The notes under the pieces: model-generated | The model's input: only the letters and a program-made list of their open reading frames with translations | What the model was told of the DNA's origin: nothing | Databases searched by the model: none | Source: Caldivirga maquilingensis IC-167 | GTDB taxonomy: Archaea > Thermoproteota > Thermoprotei > Thermoproteales > Thermocladiaceae | Direction of reading: 5' to 3' | NCBI RefSeq assembly: GCF_000018305.1 | Contig: NC_009954.1 | Location: 960,001 to 992,000 of the forward strand | Length of the DNA stretch: 32,000 bases | Part shown: positions 7,926-16,980 of the stretch, piece by piece | Position numbering within the stretch: position 1 is the first letter of the stretch | Layout of the letters: every line of letters begins with the position of its first letter | Position numbers and translations under genes: made by a program

Positions 7926-9119
7926 GTGGGGGAGTTAAGTGTAATTAAGAATCCAGCAGCATTAACGCCAGATTTCATACCGCCTAGGTTAGTTGATAGA
8001 GAGGAGCAGATGAGTACACTTAAGATGATTTTTGATGATTACATTAAGTCCCCTGGATCATTCTACGCTAGGGCACTACTCGTGGGCAGTACTGGTACCG
8101 GTAAGACTATCACAAGCCTTAAGTTTAAGGAATACGCCTCACGCTCATCAACGGTGAGGTTTATTTATGTACCATGCTGGACACATAGGACAATGCACTC
8201 AGCCGTTAGGCATATTGGTGAATCACTGAAGATGAGTATACCTAGGCGTGGTTTTTCATCAGATGAGCTCCTTGAGATAATCTACGATTACTTAAAGGAT
8301 AATGACATGTACGTGATCATAGTTCTTGATGATGTATTCCACATAGTTAACAATAGTGGTGCGGATTCACTTGGATTATTAATAAGGTTCTATGATGAGC
8401 ACATAGGGGAGCATGATTACCACTTCTCATTAATACTTATTGATAGGGATGAATCACTATTAGATAAGCTTGATGCTGGGGCTAAAAGCACCCTGGGCAG
8501 GAACATAATTAAGTTCCCACCGTACACTAAGGATCAGATTTACGAGATACTTAGAGATAGGGCACAGGAGGCTCTTCATCAAGGTACCTATAATGATGAG
8601 ATCCTTGAAATGATAAGTGATGTTACTGGAGCTAGAGATGGTGATGGAGGCAGGGGTAACGCTAAGCAGGCTATTGAAATACTATGGAAGGCAGCATTAA
8701 CAGCGCAGCAGCAGGGCTCTAGGAGGATTCTACCGGAGCATGTTAGGGTTGCCATTAAGAACACGCTGCCTGTTCATGTGGGTGAATTAAAGGGTATGGA
8801 TCTTCACGAGAAGTTATTCCTACTAGCCATAGTTGAGGCACTGCGTAAGAAGAGGGATGTACCATATGTAACCTTCGGGGAAGCCGAGGAGGAGTACATA
8901 ATGCTTTGTGAAAGATACGGGTTAAGGACTAAGCGTAGTCATGGTCAATTATGGCATTACTTAAAGGACATGGAGGGTACGTGGAGGATTATTGAAACCA
9001 GGTTATCTGGTAAGGGTATGAGAGGTAGAACAACGTTAATATCAATACCATATGAATCACTCAATGTACTGGCTCAGGAGTTAACAAGGATTCTTGACTA
9101 TGAATTAGCCGTTAGGTGA
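7926..9119 (+). CDS. cdc6: Orc1/Cdc6 replication initiator (AAA+ domain plus winged helix)
   Basis: 397 aa with a GTG start. The motifs present are LTPDFIPPRLVDREEQ (typical Orc1/Cdc6 N-terminus), Walker A GSTGTGKT and Walker B IIVLDDV. The sensor region is GDGGRGNAKQAIEIL. The C-terminal part LHEKLFLLAIVEAL fits a winged helix. Confidence 0.9.
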   Translation: MGELSVIKNPAALTPDFIPPRLVDREEQMSTLKMIFDDYIKSPGSFYARALLVGSTGTGKTITSLKFKEYASRSSTVRFIYVPCWTHRTMHSAVRHIGESLKMSIPRRGFSSDELLEIIYDYLKDNDMYVIIVLDDVFHIVNNSGADSLGLLIRFYDEHIGEHDYHFSLILIDRDESLLDKLDAGAKSTLGRNIIKFPPYTKDQIYEILRDRAQEALHQGTYNDEILEMISDVTGARDGDGGRGNAKQAIEILWKAALTAQQQGSRRILPEHVRVAIKNTLPVHVGELKGMDLHEKLFLLAIVEALRKKRDVPYVTFGEAEEEYIMLCERYGLRTKRSHGQLWHYLKDMEGTWRIIETRLSGKGMRGRTTLISIPYESLNVLAQELTRILDYELAVR

Positions 9120-9406
9120 CCCTCATGAACCTAGTTGATGAAATAATGGAATCGAAGATAAGGATTAAGATTATACTATCACTTTATGAATTAGGGGAAT
9201 TAAACATAACTCAATTATCTAAGATAATAGGCTCAAACTACACGTTAACATTAAAGCATGTTAAAGCCCTTGAAGATATTGGAATAGTTAAGGAAGTTAC
9301 AATAGGTAGAATGAGAATAATCAAGTTAAACAAGGATACCCCAGCATATAAGCACATTAAAGACCTAGCCAACACGCTCAAGAATCTAATGAACCTACAG
9401 CAGTAA
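9116..9406 (+). CDS. Small ArsR-like winged-helix DNA-binding protein
   Basis: 96 aa from GTG 9116, or 93 aa from ATG 9125. IRIKIILSLYELGELNITQLSKIIGSNYTLTLKHVKALEDIGIVKEVTIGRMRIIKLN fits the ArsR/wHTH pattern. The start overlaps the cdc6 stop as GTGA. Confidence 0.6.
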   Translation: MTLMNLVDEIMESKIRIKIILSLYELGELNITQLSKIIGSNYTLTLKHVKALEDIGIVKEVTIGRMRIIKLNKDTPAYKHIKDLANTLKNLMNLQQ

Positions 9407-9517
9407 TTACCAATATGCATTAACTAAATAATAAGTACCACTAAGTAGCACTCATTATTATATTATTTACTTTATTTTAACTATAATACTAAGAAGCGCA
9501 TATTAAATGGTTTAAAT

Positions 9518-10150
9518 ATGTCATCTAGTGGTGGAGGAATAGAAAATATTACTAGAAGTATAACAAGTAGTCTGGTATGGTTAATAGTATGGATTGCGGC
9601 ATATATGATGGTTGCGGCCATTGTAAACGGTGTATTACCTCAAGTCTTAAGCCCTATATTTAACTACAGGGAATTAGTTCTTAAACCATATGGTGCCTAC
9701 ATAAATATAACGCTAGCATTAATCTTTGGTTATATGATTGTCAAGAGTTTTGCCAACTTCATTTACTGGTCCATGAGAATGAGGTATCCCCACCAGACTG
9801 CTGCAGCCATTAGGAGTATCATGACTATATTAGGGATTGGTGCATTACTGGCTGCAATAGCTGGGGGAGTTGCAGGGGGTGCAGCTGGGGTAGCCTTAGG
9901 CGGCTTCCTGGCACTTGTCATTGGTTTCGCCTCTCAGCAGGTTTTAGGTCAGGCTGTTGCCGGGATGTTCATATTATTAACGAGGCCATTTAAGATAGGC
10001 GACTAAGTGAATATCGTAGGTGAACAAGGTACTGTAGAGGATGCAACAGCACTCTTCACCTACGTTAGGAAAGATGACAACACCCTAGTCCTAATACCGA
10101 GTAACTCAATAATAAGTAACAAGATATATCATCTTAAGAAGACTCAATAA
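9518..10150 (+). pseudogene. MscS-like small-conductance mechanosensitive channel gene interrupted by an in-frame TAA at 10004-10006
   Basis: The track ORF 9518-10006 ends ...GFASQQVLGQAVAGMFILLTRPFKIGD*. The same frame continues VNIVGEQGTVEDATALFTYVRKDDNTLVLIPSNSIISNKIYHLKKTQ* to 10150. Joined, the two parts give the MscS core pattern (pore helix, then RPF.iGD.V.I.G..G.V..i....T........ IPN...i). Confidence 0.65.
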
Positions 10151-10449
10151 TTTAATAGATCTTTCATTGCCCATCTATTGATGATAATTATTAACTCATA
10201 TGATAATAGGCATGGACTTGATATACTGAAGGATTATGCATTAGTCGTACATTTGCTATACAATAGTAAAATATATTAATTTATACTATGTAAAAAATTA
10301 TTACAACATTTATAAACCATTTTCCTCATCATGAGTAATGTACATTTTTATTGTTAGGTTGATTGTATTTATTAAACTATATAAAAGGTAAATATAATTA
10401 ATGTAAGGATTATACGAAACTTTTATAAGTCTAGCATCAATACCCTTCT

Positions 10450-12039
10450 ATGGTGGAGCAATCTAATAAAGTGGGATTGAGAAAACACTTAACTTTAGGC
10501 GACCTCTTAATCATAGGTGTAGCAGGATCAATAGGTGGCGCTGTATTTTATGGTGCACAAAAGGCTGCTGCAGAAGCGGGTCCTGCAGGCATATTGGCTT
10601 ATGCATTGGCGCCGGTATTATACTTCTTTATAGCCTTAACTTACATAGACTTAGCGATGGATTATCCTGAGGCAGGTGGTCCATCTAGGTTCGCCATTTA
10701 TAGCCATGGCCAAGCCACAAACATAATAAATTCCGTTGCTGACTTAATATGGTATCTATTCATACCGCCACTGGAGGCTTACGTGTTTGTTGCACTTGTG
10801 GTTAGTGAATTTTATCCAGGTGTTATTAATCCAGCTACGGGTAATTTAACCCTCATTGGTGGTTTAATAGCATTAGCGTTAATAATGATAATGGTTCCCT
10901 TAAACTACTACGGTATAGAGGTTTTCACGGTCTCAAATAAGGTGGTTGGTTCCATGAAGTTTGCGTTATACGCCATAATGGCTATTGTTTTCGCACTTAC
11001 AGCACTTAAGTTTAATCCATACGTGCTCAAGAACTTAACGAACTATGGGGGGTTTATGCCTTACGGTGTTACTGGTTTATTTGCAGCCATGCCAATAGCA
11101 ATGTTCTCATTTGGTGGAGCTAGGACTATACCGGACTTCGCTGAGGAGATTAAAGGGAAGCGTAGTATTGTACCTGGTCTCATATTAACGGTTGTCGGCC
11201 AAGGTGTGATTTACGTAACCTTTGCTGCATTGTTCGTACTTAGTGTTGACTGGGGTGTTTTCCATATAAGGCCAGGTGACTGGTCATCATTTCTAAACAT
11301 ATCTAGAAACCCATACTATTACCTTGCTGCTGCGTATAAGCTACCCTACATGTATATACTCCCCATGCTGTACCTGATTCTAGCATTATTCATGGTTGGT
11401 TACGTGTACATGGGTGCTGGAACAAGGGTAATGTTAGCCATGGCTCGTTCTAAGTATGTTGCCGGTAAAATCGGTGAAATACACCCAAGGTATGCAATAC
11501 CTTACTGGGCCTTAATAATATTTGGCTTAATAGGGGCAGCCATATCATTCCTCTTCGCCCCAGTACCAGGCCTTTATGGAATAGTCAGTGATACAACAGC
11601 TGCAGGTTACATAGGGTTTGCTGTTAATCCAATAGCCATGATGGTGCTTAGGAAGCAGGGTGCATCAAAGTATCAAGTACCTGCAGGTTGGTTTGTTTCA
11701 GCAACAGCATTTGCGATATCGTCATTAATAGTGTTTTGGAATGGCTGGCCAGCTGTACCCTATGCGGTACTTCTCATGACTGTAGTGGCAGTTATATTAG
11801 CTATAATCTACCGGGTTAAGGAGGGTTGGCTTGAGGCGACGTGGTACATTGGTTGGATAGCCTTCGAAACATTAATGGCATACATAGGTTCAGATGGTGC
11901 ATTAAACATAATACCATTCACATGGGCTACTGCAATAACAGCCATTATTTCACTGGCCGTGTTTTACCCACTAGGTATTATACTTGGATTAAGGCAGAGG
12001 AACTTTGAGGTTCATATAAAGGACTTAGGTGGCGTTTGA
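10450..12039 (+). CDS. Amino acid/polyamine permease, APC superfamily
   Basis: 529 aa and highly hydrophobic, with roughly 12 or more predicted helices. The N-terminal LRKHLTLGDLLIIGVAGSIGGAVF fits the APC signature (l....l...g..iG.GiF). A TATA-like CTTTTATAAG lies about 27 nt upstream. Confidence 0.8.
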   Translation: MVEQSNKVGLRKHLTLGDLLIIGVAGSIGGAVFYGAQKAAAEAGPAGILAYALAPVLYFFIALTYIDLAMDYPEAGGPSRFAIYSHGQATNIINSVADLIWYLFIPPLEAYVFVALVVSEFYPGVINPATGNLTLIGGLIALALIMIMVPLNYYGIEVFTVSNKVVGSMKFALYAIMAIVFALTALKFNPYVLKNLTNYGGFMPYGVTGLFAAMPIAMFSFGGARTIPDFAEEIKGKRSIVPGLILTVVGQGVIYVTFAALFVLSVDWGVFHIRPGDWSSFLNISRNPYYYLAAAYKLPYMYILPMLYLILALFMVGYVYMGAGTRVMLAMARSKYVAGKIGEIHPRYAIPYWALIIFGLIGAAISFLFAPVPGLYGIVSDTTAAGYIGFAVNPIAMMVLRKQGASKYQVPAGWFVSATAFAISSLIVFWNGWPAVPYAVLLMTVVAVILAIIYRVKEGWLEATWYIGWIAFETLMAYIGSDGALNIIPFTWATAITAIISLAVFYPLGIILGLRQRNFEVHIKDLGGV

Positions 12040-12168
12040 TTAGGCCTATAGGGAGCTAACTTACATTAACCCCATAATCTTAATGCGGTGGAATGCATAA
12101 TACTTACCCTATAAATAGTTTAATTTGAATTTAATTTATCCATAAGGTTTAACTGATCTTAAAATGCA

Positions 12169-13020
12169 ATGATCCATATGATTATTCTCCATGATGAACC
12201 TTACATAGATGATGTAGTCAATTTTTTAAATAAATCACTAATTAAGCCTGTGGATGATGTAGTTAAGGAGAATGATTACGTGCTCCTTTGGCACAGTAAT
12301 GAGATTAAGCTTGTTGTTAAGGCTAGGAGGAACCTAGTAGTCAGTACAGTTAGGGGTGTGTTAAGGATGAGTGAGATTATTGGTAAGGAGTATGGTTCAA
12401 AAATAGTGACTAACCTGGGGTATGTATTTTATATTACTAAACCAGATATAATGGATATATTGCTTAAGATGCCTAGGGTAACTCAACCCATATATCCAAA
12501 GGACTCCTCTACATTACTAATCATGCTTAATATTAGGCCGGGGAGTAGGGTACTTGAGGCTGGATTAGGTAGTGGTTACGCTACAGTAATACTTGCGATG
12601 CATGCTGGGCCCTTTGGTCAAGTTATCACTGTTGAGAAATCAAGTAAGTACATTAGGGTTGCTAAGGAGACTTTAAGAGCCATGGGTGTGTACGATAATG
12701 TTGACGTGATTAATGGTGATGTATCCAGGATTAAGCTTCCAAGTGAGTACTTTAATTCCGCATTGCTTGATATGGGTGATCCATGGAATGCAATACCCAA
12801 TATCATTAATTCACTTAAACACGGAGGCAACATTGCCGTTTATGTACCCACTATTAGCCAGGTGGAGAGGGTTATTAGTAGTTTGATGGCTTCGGGCTTT
12901 ATAGATATTAAAATGATTGAGGTTAATTGGAGAGAGTGGAAGACCACGATTAATGAGGTTAGGCCTAAGACCTGGAATCTGTCTCACACAGGCTTCATAA
13001 TAGTGGCTAAGAGGCCTTAA
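12169..13020 (+). CDS. trmI: tRNA (adenine-N1)-methyltransferase, TrmI/GCD14 family
   Basis: 283 aa. The motifs present are RVTQPIYPKDSS, SAM motif LEAGLGSGYAT, LDMGDPW, VRPKTWNLSHTGFIIVAKR. All are characteristic of the GCD14/TrmI family. The true start may be the Met at 12178. Confidence 0.8.
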   Translation: MIHMIILHDEPYIDDVVNFLNKSLIKPVDDVVKENDYVLLWHSNEIKLVVKARRNLVVSTVRGVLRMSEIIGKEYGSKIVTNLGYVFYITKPDIMDILLKMPRVTQPIYPKDSSTLLIMLNIRPGSRVLEAGLGSGYATVILAMHAGPFGQVITVEKSSKYIRVAKETLRAMGVYDNVDVINGDVSRIKLPSEYFNSALLDMGDPWNAIPNIINSLKHGGNIAVYVPTISQVERVISSLMASGFIDIKMIEVNWREWKTTINEVRPKTWNLSHTGFIIVAKRP

Positions 13021-13050
13021 TTCCCTAAAGACTAACTGTGATTTCTCACT

Positions 13051-13854
13051 TTACTTATCGTTGACCCAGGCGTTAGCATTTTCATTACTATTACTTAGTC
13101 TCCTTAACCCACCCCTATGAACAGCATCAACAATATCCTTAAGCACCACAGCTGGGGATTCCTCAATAACAGTCCCGGTTATTATCACGTCAGCCCCCGC
13201 TAAGGCTATTGAGTAAGCTGCCTCAGGGCTCTTTATGCCTCCCCCAACCATCAGTATTTTATTCCTCACAGCCCTCTTAACCTTAGCCACCACACTGGAT
13301 GGTACCGGCTCCCTGGCCCCTGACCCAGCCTCAAGGTAAATTGCCGAGAAGCCCATGTAGTATGCGGCTAACGCGTACGCAACTATCACGTCCTCCATGT
13401 GGAATGGTATTGGTTTAGCGTAACTGGCGAAGCCCACTGCTCCACCCTCCCCAACTATTATGTATGCCATTGGTATTGATTCAAGGTTACTGTAGTGCTT
13501 AGCCATAAGAACCGCCGCCTGCACTTGAGCCCCAATGATGTAGTATGGGTCTGTTGAGTTTAATACTGAGAGGAAGAGCACTGCGTCGGCTCTTCTACTT
13601 AACCCAGCTACACTACCTGGGAATAATATTATAGGCAACTTAACCTCCTGTTTAACAGCGTCAATGTAATTATCCAGTGTACCCTCATTAACGCCATAAC
13701 TACCGCCAATCATTAGTGCATCGGATCCAGCCTTCTCAGCCCCCTTAGCTAGTTCAATGAACTTATCCATGGTTACCTTGTCAGGGTCAAGTAACGAGAA
13801 ATGCAACGCCCCCTTCTCTGTAAGCTTATTCATCAAGGATTCAAATACAGTCAT
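13051..13854 (-). CDS. Geranylgeranylglyceryl phosphate synthase (PcrB/GGGPS family)
   Basis: 267 aa. The motifs present are GALHFSLLDPDK, DALMIGGS, ILFPG and a C-terminal GGGIKSPE with ADVIITGT. These are typical of archaeal GGGP synthase. Confidence 0.85.
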   Translation of the reverse strand: MTVFESLMNKLTEKGALHFSLLDPDKVTMDKFIELAKGAEKAGSDALMIGGSYGVNEGTLDNYIDAVKQEVKLPIILFPGSVAGLSRRADAVLFLSVLNSTDPYYIIGAQVQAAVLMAKHYSNLESIPMAYIIVGEGGAVGFASYAKPIPFHMEDVIVAYALAAYYMGFSAIYLEAGSGAREPVPSSVVAKVKRAVRNKILMVGGGIKSPEAAYSIALAGADVIITGTVIEESPAVVLKDIVDAVHRGGLRRLSNSNENANAWVNDK

Positions 13855-13887
13855 TAATCATTTTCAGCCGGTGGGAGTTTTAAGTTA

Positions 13888-14259
13888 TTACTCTTCAACA
13901 TCAGTGTCAGGCTCTGGGGCGTCAAGGTACTCTATGCCCTCGTCACTGTCTATTATGCCTTGATTCTGTTGATTAGTATTAGTGGTGTTAACCTTAACCT
14001 CCACCTGCTTAGTGGGTTTTAATTCACCTGCAAAGTACTTATCAACGAATTTATTATAGTAATCCACGGGTAGTAGGCCATTAACCTTATCGAACACTGC
14101 CTCAAGCCCACAGACGCCGCACGTAACCTTAACCTTATTCTCCTTCTTAATTACGGAAACGTTAACCGCAACTGACCCACAGTAGGGGCACTGAAACACA
14201 GTTGGCAGCCTCTTCTTAGGTCTTACCAACAATTTACGGGTCTTCCTCCTCTTACCCAT
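13888..14259 (-). CDS. elf1: Elf1-type zinc-ribbon transcription elongation factor homologue with an acidic C-terminal tail
   Basis: I shorten the track ORF 13888-14340 to the internal Met (cat at 14257-14259). The product is MGKRRKTRKLLVRPKKRLPTVFQCPYCGSVAVNVSVIKKENKVKVTCGVCGLEAVF. It has a basic N-terminus followed by a CxxC...CxxC ribbon, as in Elf1. A TATA-like TATTTTAA (minus strand; + coordinates about 14283-14291) sits about 28 nt upstream of this Met. The tail is IIDSDEGIEYLDAPEPDTDVEE. Confidence 0.75.
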   Translation of the reverse strand: MGKRRKTRKLLVRPKKRLPTVFQCPYCGSVAVNVSVIKKENKVKVTCGVCGLEAVFDKVNGLLPVDYYNKFVDKYFAGELKPTKQVEVKVNTTNTNQQNQGIIDSDEGIEYLDAPEPDTDVEE

Positions 14260-14371
14260 GATTCGAAAAAGCGTAAGGCAGCTTAAAATACTTTCCCTCA
14301 GGTAACACAATACAATTATTAAGTAATTATTCATTAACAATGGCGTATTAAAGGAAACTTAATGCTTTAAG

Positions 14372-16879
14372 TCACCGCCTCTCCAGTTTACCGATCTCCT
14401 CCATGATGCGTCTATGCTCCTCCCTAATCTGTTCAATCTCCTCCCTAAGCCTCTGATACTCCACACCCCTCTCAAGCTGATCCCTAATCCTCTTAGCCAC
14501 CTCCCTGGCCAGCCTCCTGATCCTTCCATCAGGATCCCTTGACGCTAATTCATCAAGCGTAGGCAATAGGGCCGGGTGCTTAACCTCATCGGCTGTAGCC
14601 ACCACAGCGAACCTAACCCTGAATTGACCATCCCTAGCCAACTCAATTAACCTATCAACAGCCTCCCTCCTATCAATAAACCTACCGAGGGCCATTACCG
14701 CAGTGGCCCTAACCAAGGTTGGTTTACTGGGCTCAGTGTAATTAAGCACCACCTTAAATGCATTATCAGTACCTAATTCACCTAATCCCCTTAATGCACC
14801 CTGCGTTATTACGTAGTTAAAGCCCCCGTAGTCAAGGGCCTTAATTAACTCACCCTCAAGGTCCCTAATCCTTAACCTACCTAGGCTTACTAATGCAGCG
14901 TATCTGACGTAATCAGACTCCTTACCATCATTAGCAATAGTGAGGAGGACTTTAGCCACCTCTGCATCACCCTTAAAGTTACCTAAGGCATCAATGATGC
15001 TTCTCCTAACCCTCGGGTGCGTGACCCGTTTAAGTAACCTCAGTAACTCTGACTTAGCTGCCTCACCCCCTATCCTACCTAATGCATTAGCTGCCTCAAC
15101 GGCAACACCCCAGAATGGGTCCTTCTCAATGATTGATGCTAAGGCTTCAACGGCCCTTGGGCTTGCGTTCTTAGCTAGGGCATTAATAGCCTCAATCCTA
15201 CACATTACATCTTCATCACTTAACTCGCTTATAGCCTCCTCAAGCGGCTTATCGAATTGAGTTACCTTAAGTATCTTGAACTTGGGGTCGATGCAAATGT
15301 ACTTTGGTTTACTGGGTGCATTTAAGTGAAGTACGTGCTCCTTCTCCTCAATATTCAGTAACCTAACCTCACTATTACCCTCATAAACTATCTTAACCTC
15401 AAGCGGTATCTTATAGACAGGGTATGAATCATCACCCTGTGCCTGACTCACACTTAACCTAATTGCTGATTCATCGGGAAGCCAACTCCATGAAACCTTA
15501 AGAACAGGGTGACCGGCTGAGTAGACGTATTGCTTAAAGAACCAGGTTAAGTCCTCACCGTAGGCCTCCTCCATGGCTTTCCTTAAATCCTCAGTATCAG
15601 CATTACTGAACCTATGCCTATTCAAGTAGGCCTCAATACCCTTCCTGAAGTTTTCCTCGCCTATTATGTTTCTTAACGTGTGTAGTACTAGGGAGCCTTT
15701 CTCGTACGTGTGCCTATCAAACATCTCCTCAGGTATTGAGTATAGGTTTGTGACTATTGGCCTTGAGTAACGCCTATACTCATCTAGGTAAGCCCTAAGG
15801 TTACCGTAAAGCCTATACACGAATTCATCAAAACCCCTACTGTGGAGTGTGTATAATGCATCGAAGTAGGTTGCGAAGGCTTCATTAAGCCAAATATTAC
15901 CCCAATCCCTAGTAGTAACCAAGTCACCAAACCACTGATGAGCCAACTCATGAGCAACCAAACCATCAGAGGAAAAATCCTCCCTACCCCTACAGGGCCA
16001 CTCATCATACGGGCACTCCTCCCTCTTAGTATGCAGTGTGGTGTCTGTTAGTATGGTTACCGTGGTGTTCTCCATACCGCCGTAAATGAATTCATGAACA
16101 GCCACCTGCTTATAAACAGGATACGGGTACTTGACGCCTGTGTACTCACTGAAGAATTTAATGGCATCACAGGTGGCTGCAAAGGTTACTTGAGGATCCC
16201 CATACCTACCCTTAGGCCAATAGTACTCCAGCTTAACCCCATTGCAGTCTGATTCAAGCTTCTCAAACTCACCTGCGGCGAAGGCTATTAGGTATGGTGA
16301 ATGCGGGTAATCAAAGACCCAACGCCACGCAGTCTTATCATTAAGATCCTTAACACTCACTAAAACACCGTTTGAAACCGCCATCATGCCCTTTGGTACA
16401 GTTATCTCTAATTCGGTTGGGAACTTTATATTGGGGTTATCCGGTAATGGTAACCAGTACCTATTATCCTCACTCTCACCCTGGGTCCAAACCATCTGCG
16501 CCGTGTCACCCTTCTCCTTATCAGGTTTTATGAAGTAAGCACCCTTCCTAGGCTTAGTCTCGTAGGTAACCTCAATGATAGTGTTCTGAGAAGCCTCTAT
16601 GGGTGGGTTGAAGTACAGCCTTAGTATGGAGCCGTCGTAATCCCTCTGGTGGCTTGTGGATAATATGTTCATCTCCTCAGCGTTTAACTCAATGTAACTG
16701 AGTCGTCTCCTTGGTATAATCTCGTAAATAACCCTACCTCTAAGTCTACCTTCACTAATGAAGATCTCTAACTGGGCTATTAAACGCCTAACCATGTATG
16801 GGTATGATTCGGGGAACCTTGGTTTATAGTCTGGAAACGCAAAGTCCCTACCAATAAGGTACTTCCCATTAACGAACAT
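14372..16879 (-). CDS. M1-family zinc aminopeptidase with C-terminal HEAT-like repeats and a charged coiled-coil tail
   Basis: 835 aa. It carries GGMENT (a variant of the GAMEN exopeptidase motif) and HELAHQWFGDLVT...WLNEAF (HEXXH-18-E). The C-terminal ~280 aa has repeated VR..A..ALG.. units (PBS-lyase HEAT-like), followed by EYQRLREEIEQIREEHRRIMEEIGKLERR. Confidence 0.85.
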   Translation of the reverse strand: MFVNGKYLIGRDFAFPDYKPRFPESYPYMVRRLIAQLEIFISEGRLRGRVIYEIIPRRRLSYIELNAEEMNILSTSHQRDYDGSILRLYFNPPIEASQNTIIEVTYETKPRKGAYFIKPDKEKGDTAQMVWTQGESEDNRYWLPLPDNPNIKFPTELEITVPKGMMAVSNGVLVSVKDLNDKTAWRWVFDYPHSPYLIAFAAGEFEKLESDCNGVKLEYYWPKGRYGDPQVTFAATCDAIKFFSEYTGVKYPYPVYKQVAVHEFIYGGMENTTVTILTDTTLHTKREECPYDEWPCRGREDFSSDGLVAHELAHQWFGDLVTTRDWGNIWLNEAFATYFDALYTLHSRGFDEFVYRLYGNLRAYLDEYRRYSRPIVTNLYSIPEEMFDRHTYEKGSLVLHTLRNIIGEENFRKGIEAYLNRHRFSNADTEDLRKAMEEAYGEDLTWFFKQYVYSAGHPVLKVSWSWLPDESAIRLSVSQAQGDDSYPVYKIPLEVKIVYEGNSEVRLLNIEEKEHVLHLNAPSKPKYICIDPKFKILKVTQFDKPLEEAISELSDEDVMCRIEAINALAKNASPRAVEALASIIEKDPFWGVAVEAANALGRIGGEAAKSELLRLLKRVTHPRVRRSIIDALGNFKGDAEVAKVLLTIANDGKESDYVRYAALVSLGRLRIRDLEGELIKALDYGGFNYVITQGALRGLGELGTDNAFKVVLNYTEPSKPTLVRATAVMALGRFIDRREAVDRLIELARDGQFRVRFAVVATADEVKHPALLPTLDELASRDPDGRIRRLAREVAKRIRDQLERGVEYQRLREEIEQIREEHRRIMEEIGKLERR

Positions 16880-16980
16880 TATTAAAACCCCTAGGTTAGC
16901 GTATTTAAGTAATCCCAGTCATGTTAAAAGAACCCACATTACCCTTTTAGAGTATTCTAGAAACTTAAAGAATGTGGTTT

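Noticed and set aside
14260-14340. A 27-codon N-terminal extension of the Elf1-like ORF.
   Set aside because: The TATA-like box lies inside the extension, about 28 nt upstream of the internal Met. The conserved basic N-terminus of the protein starts at that Met.
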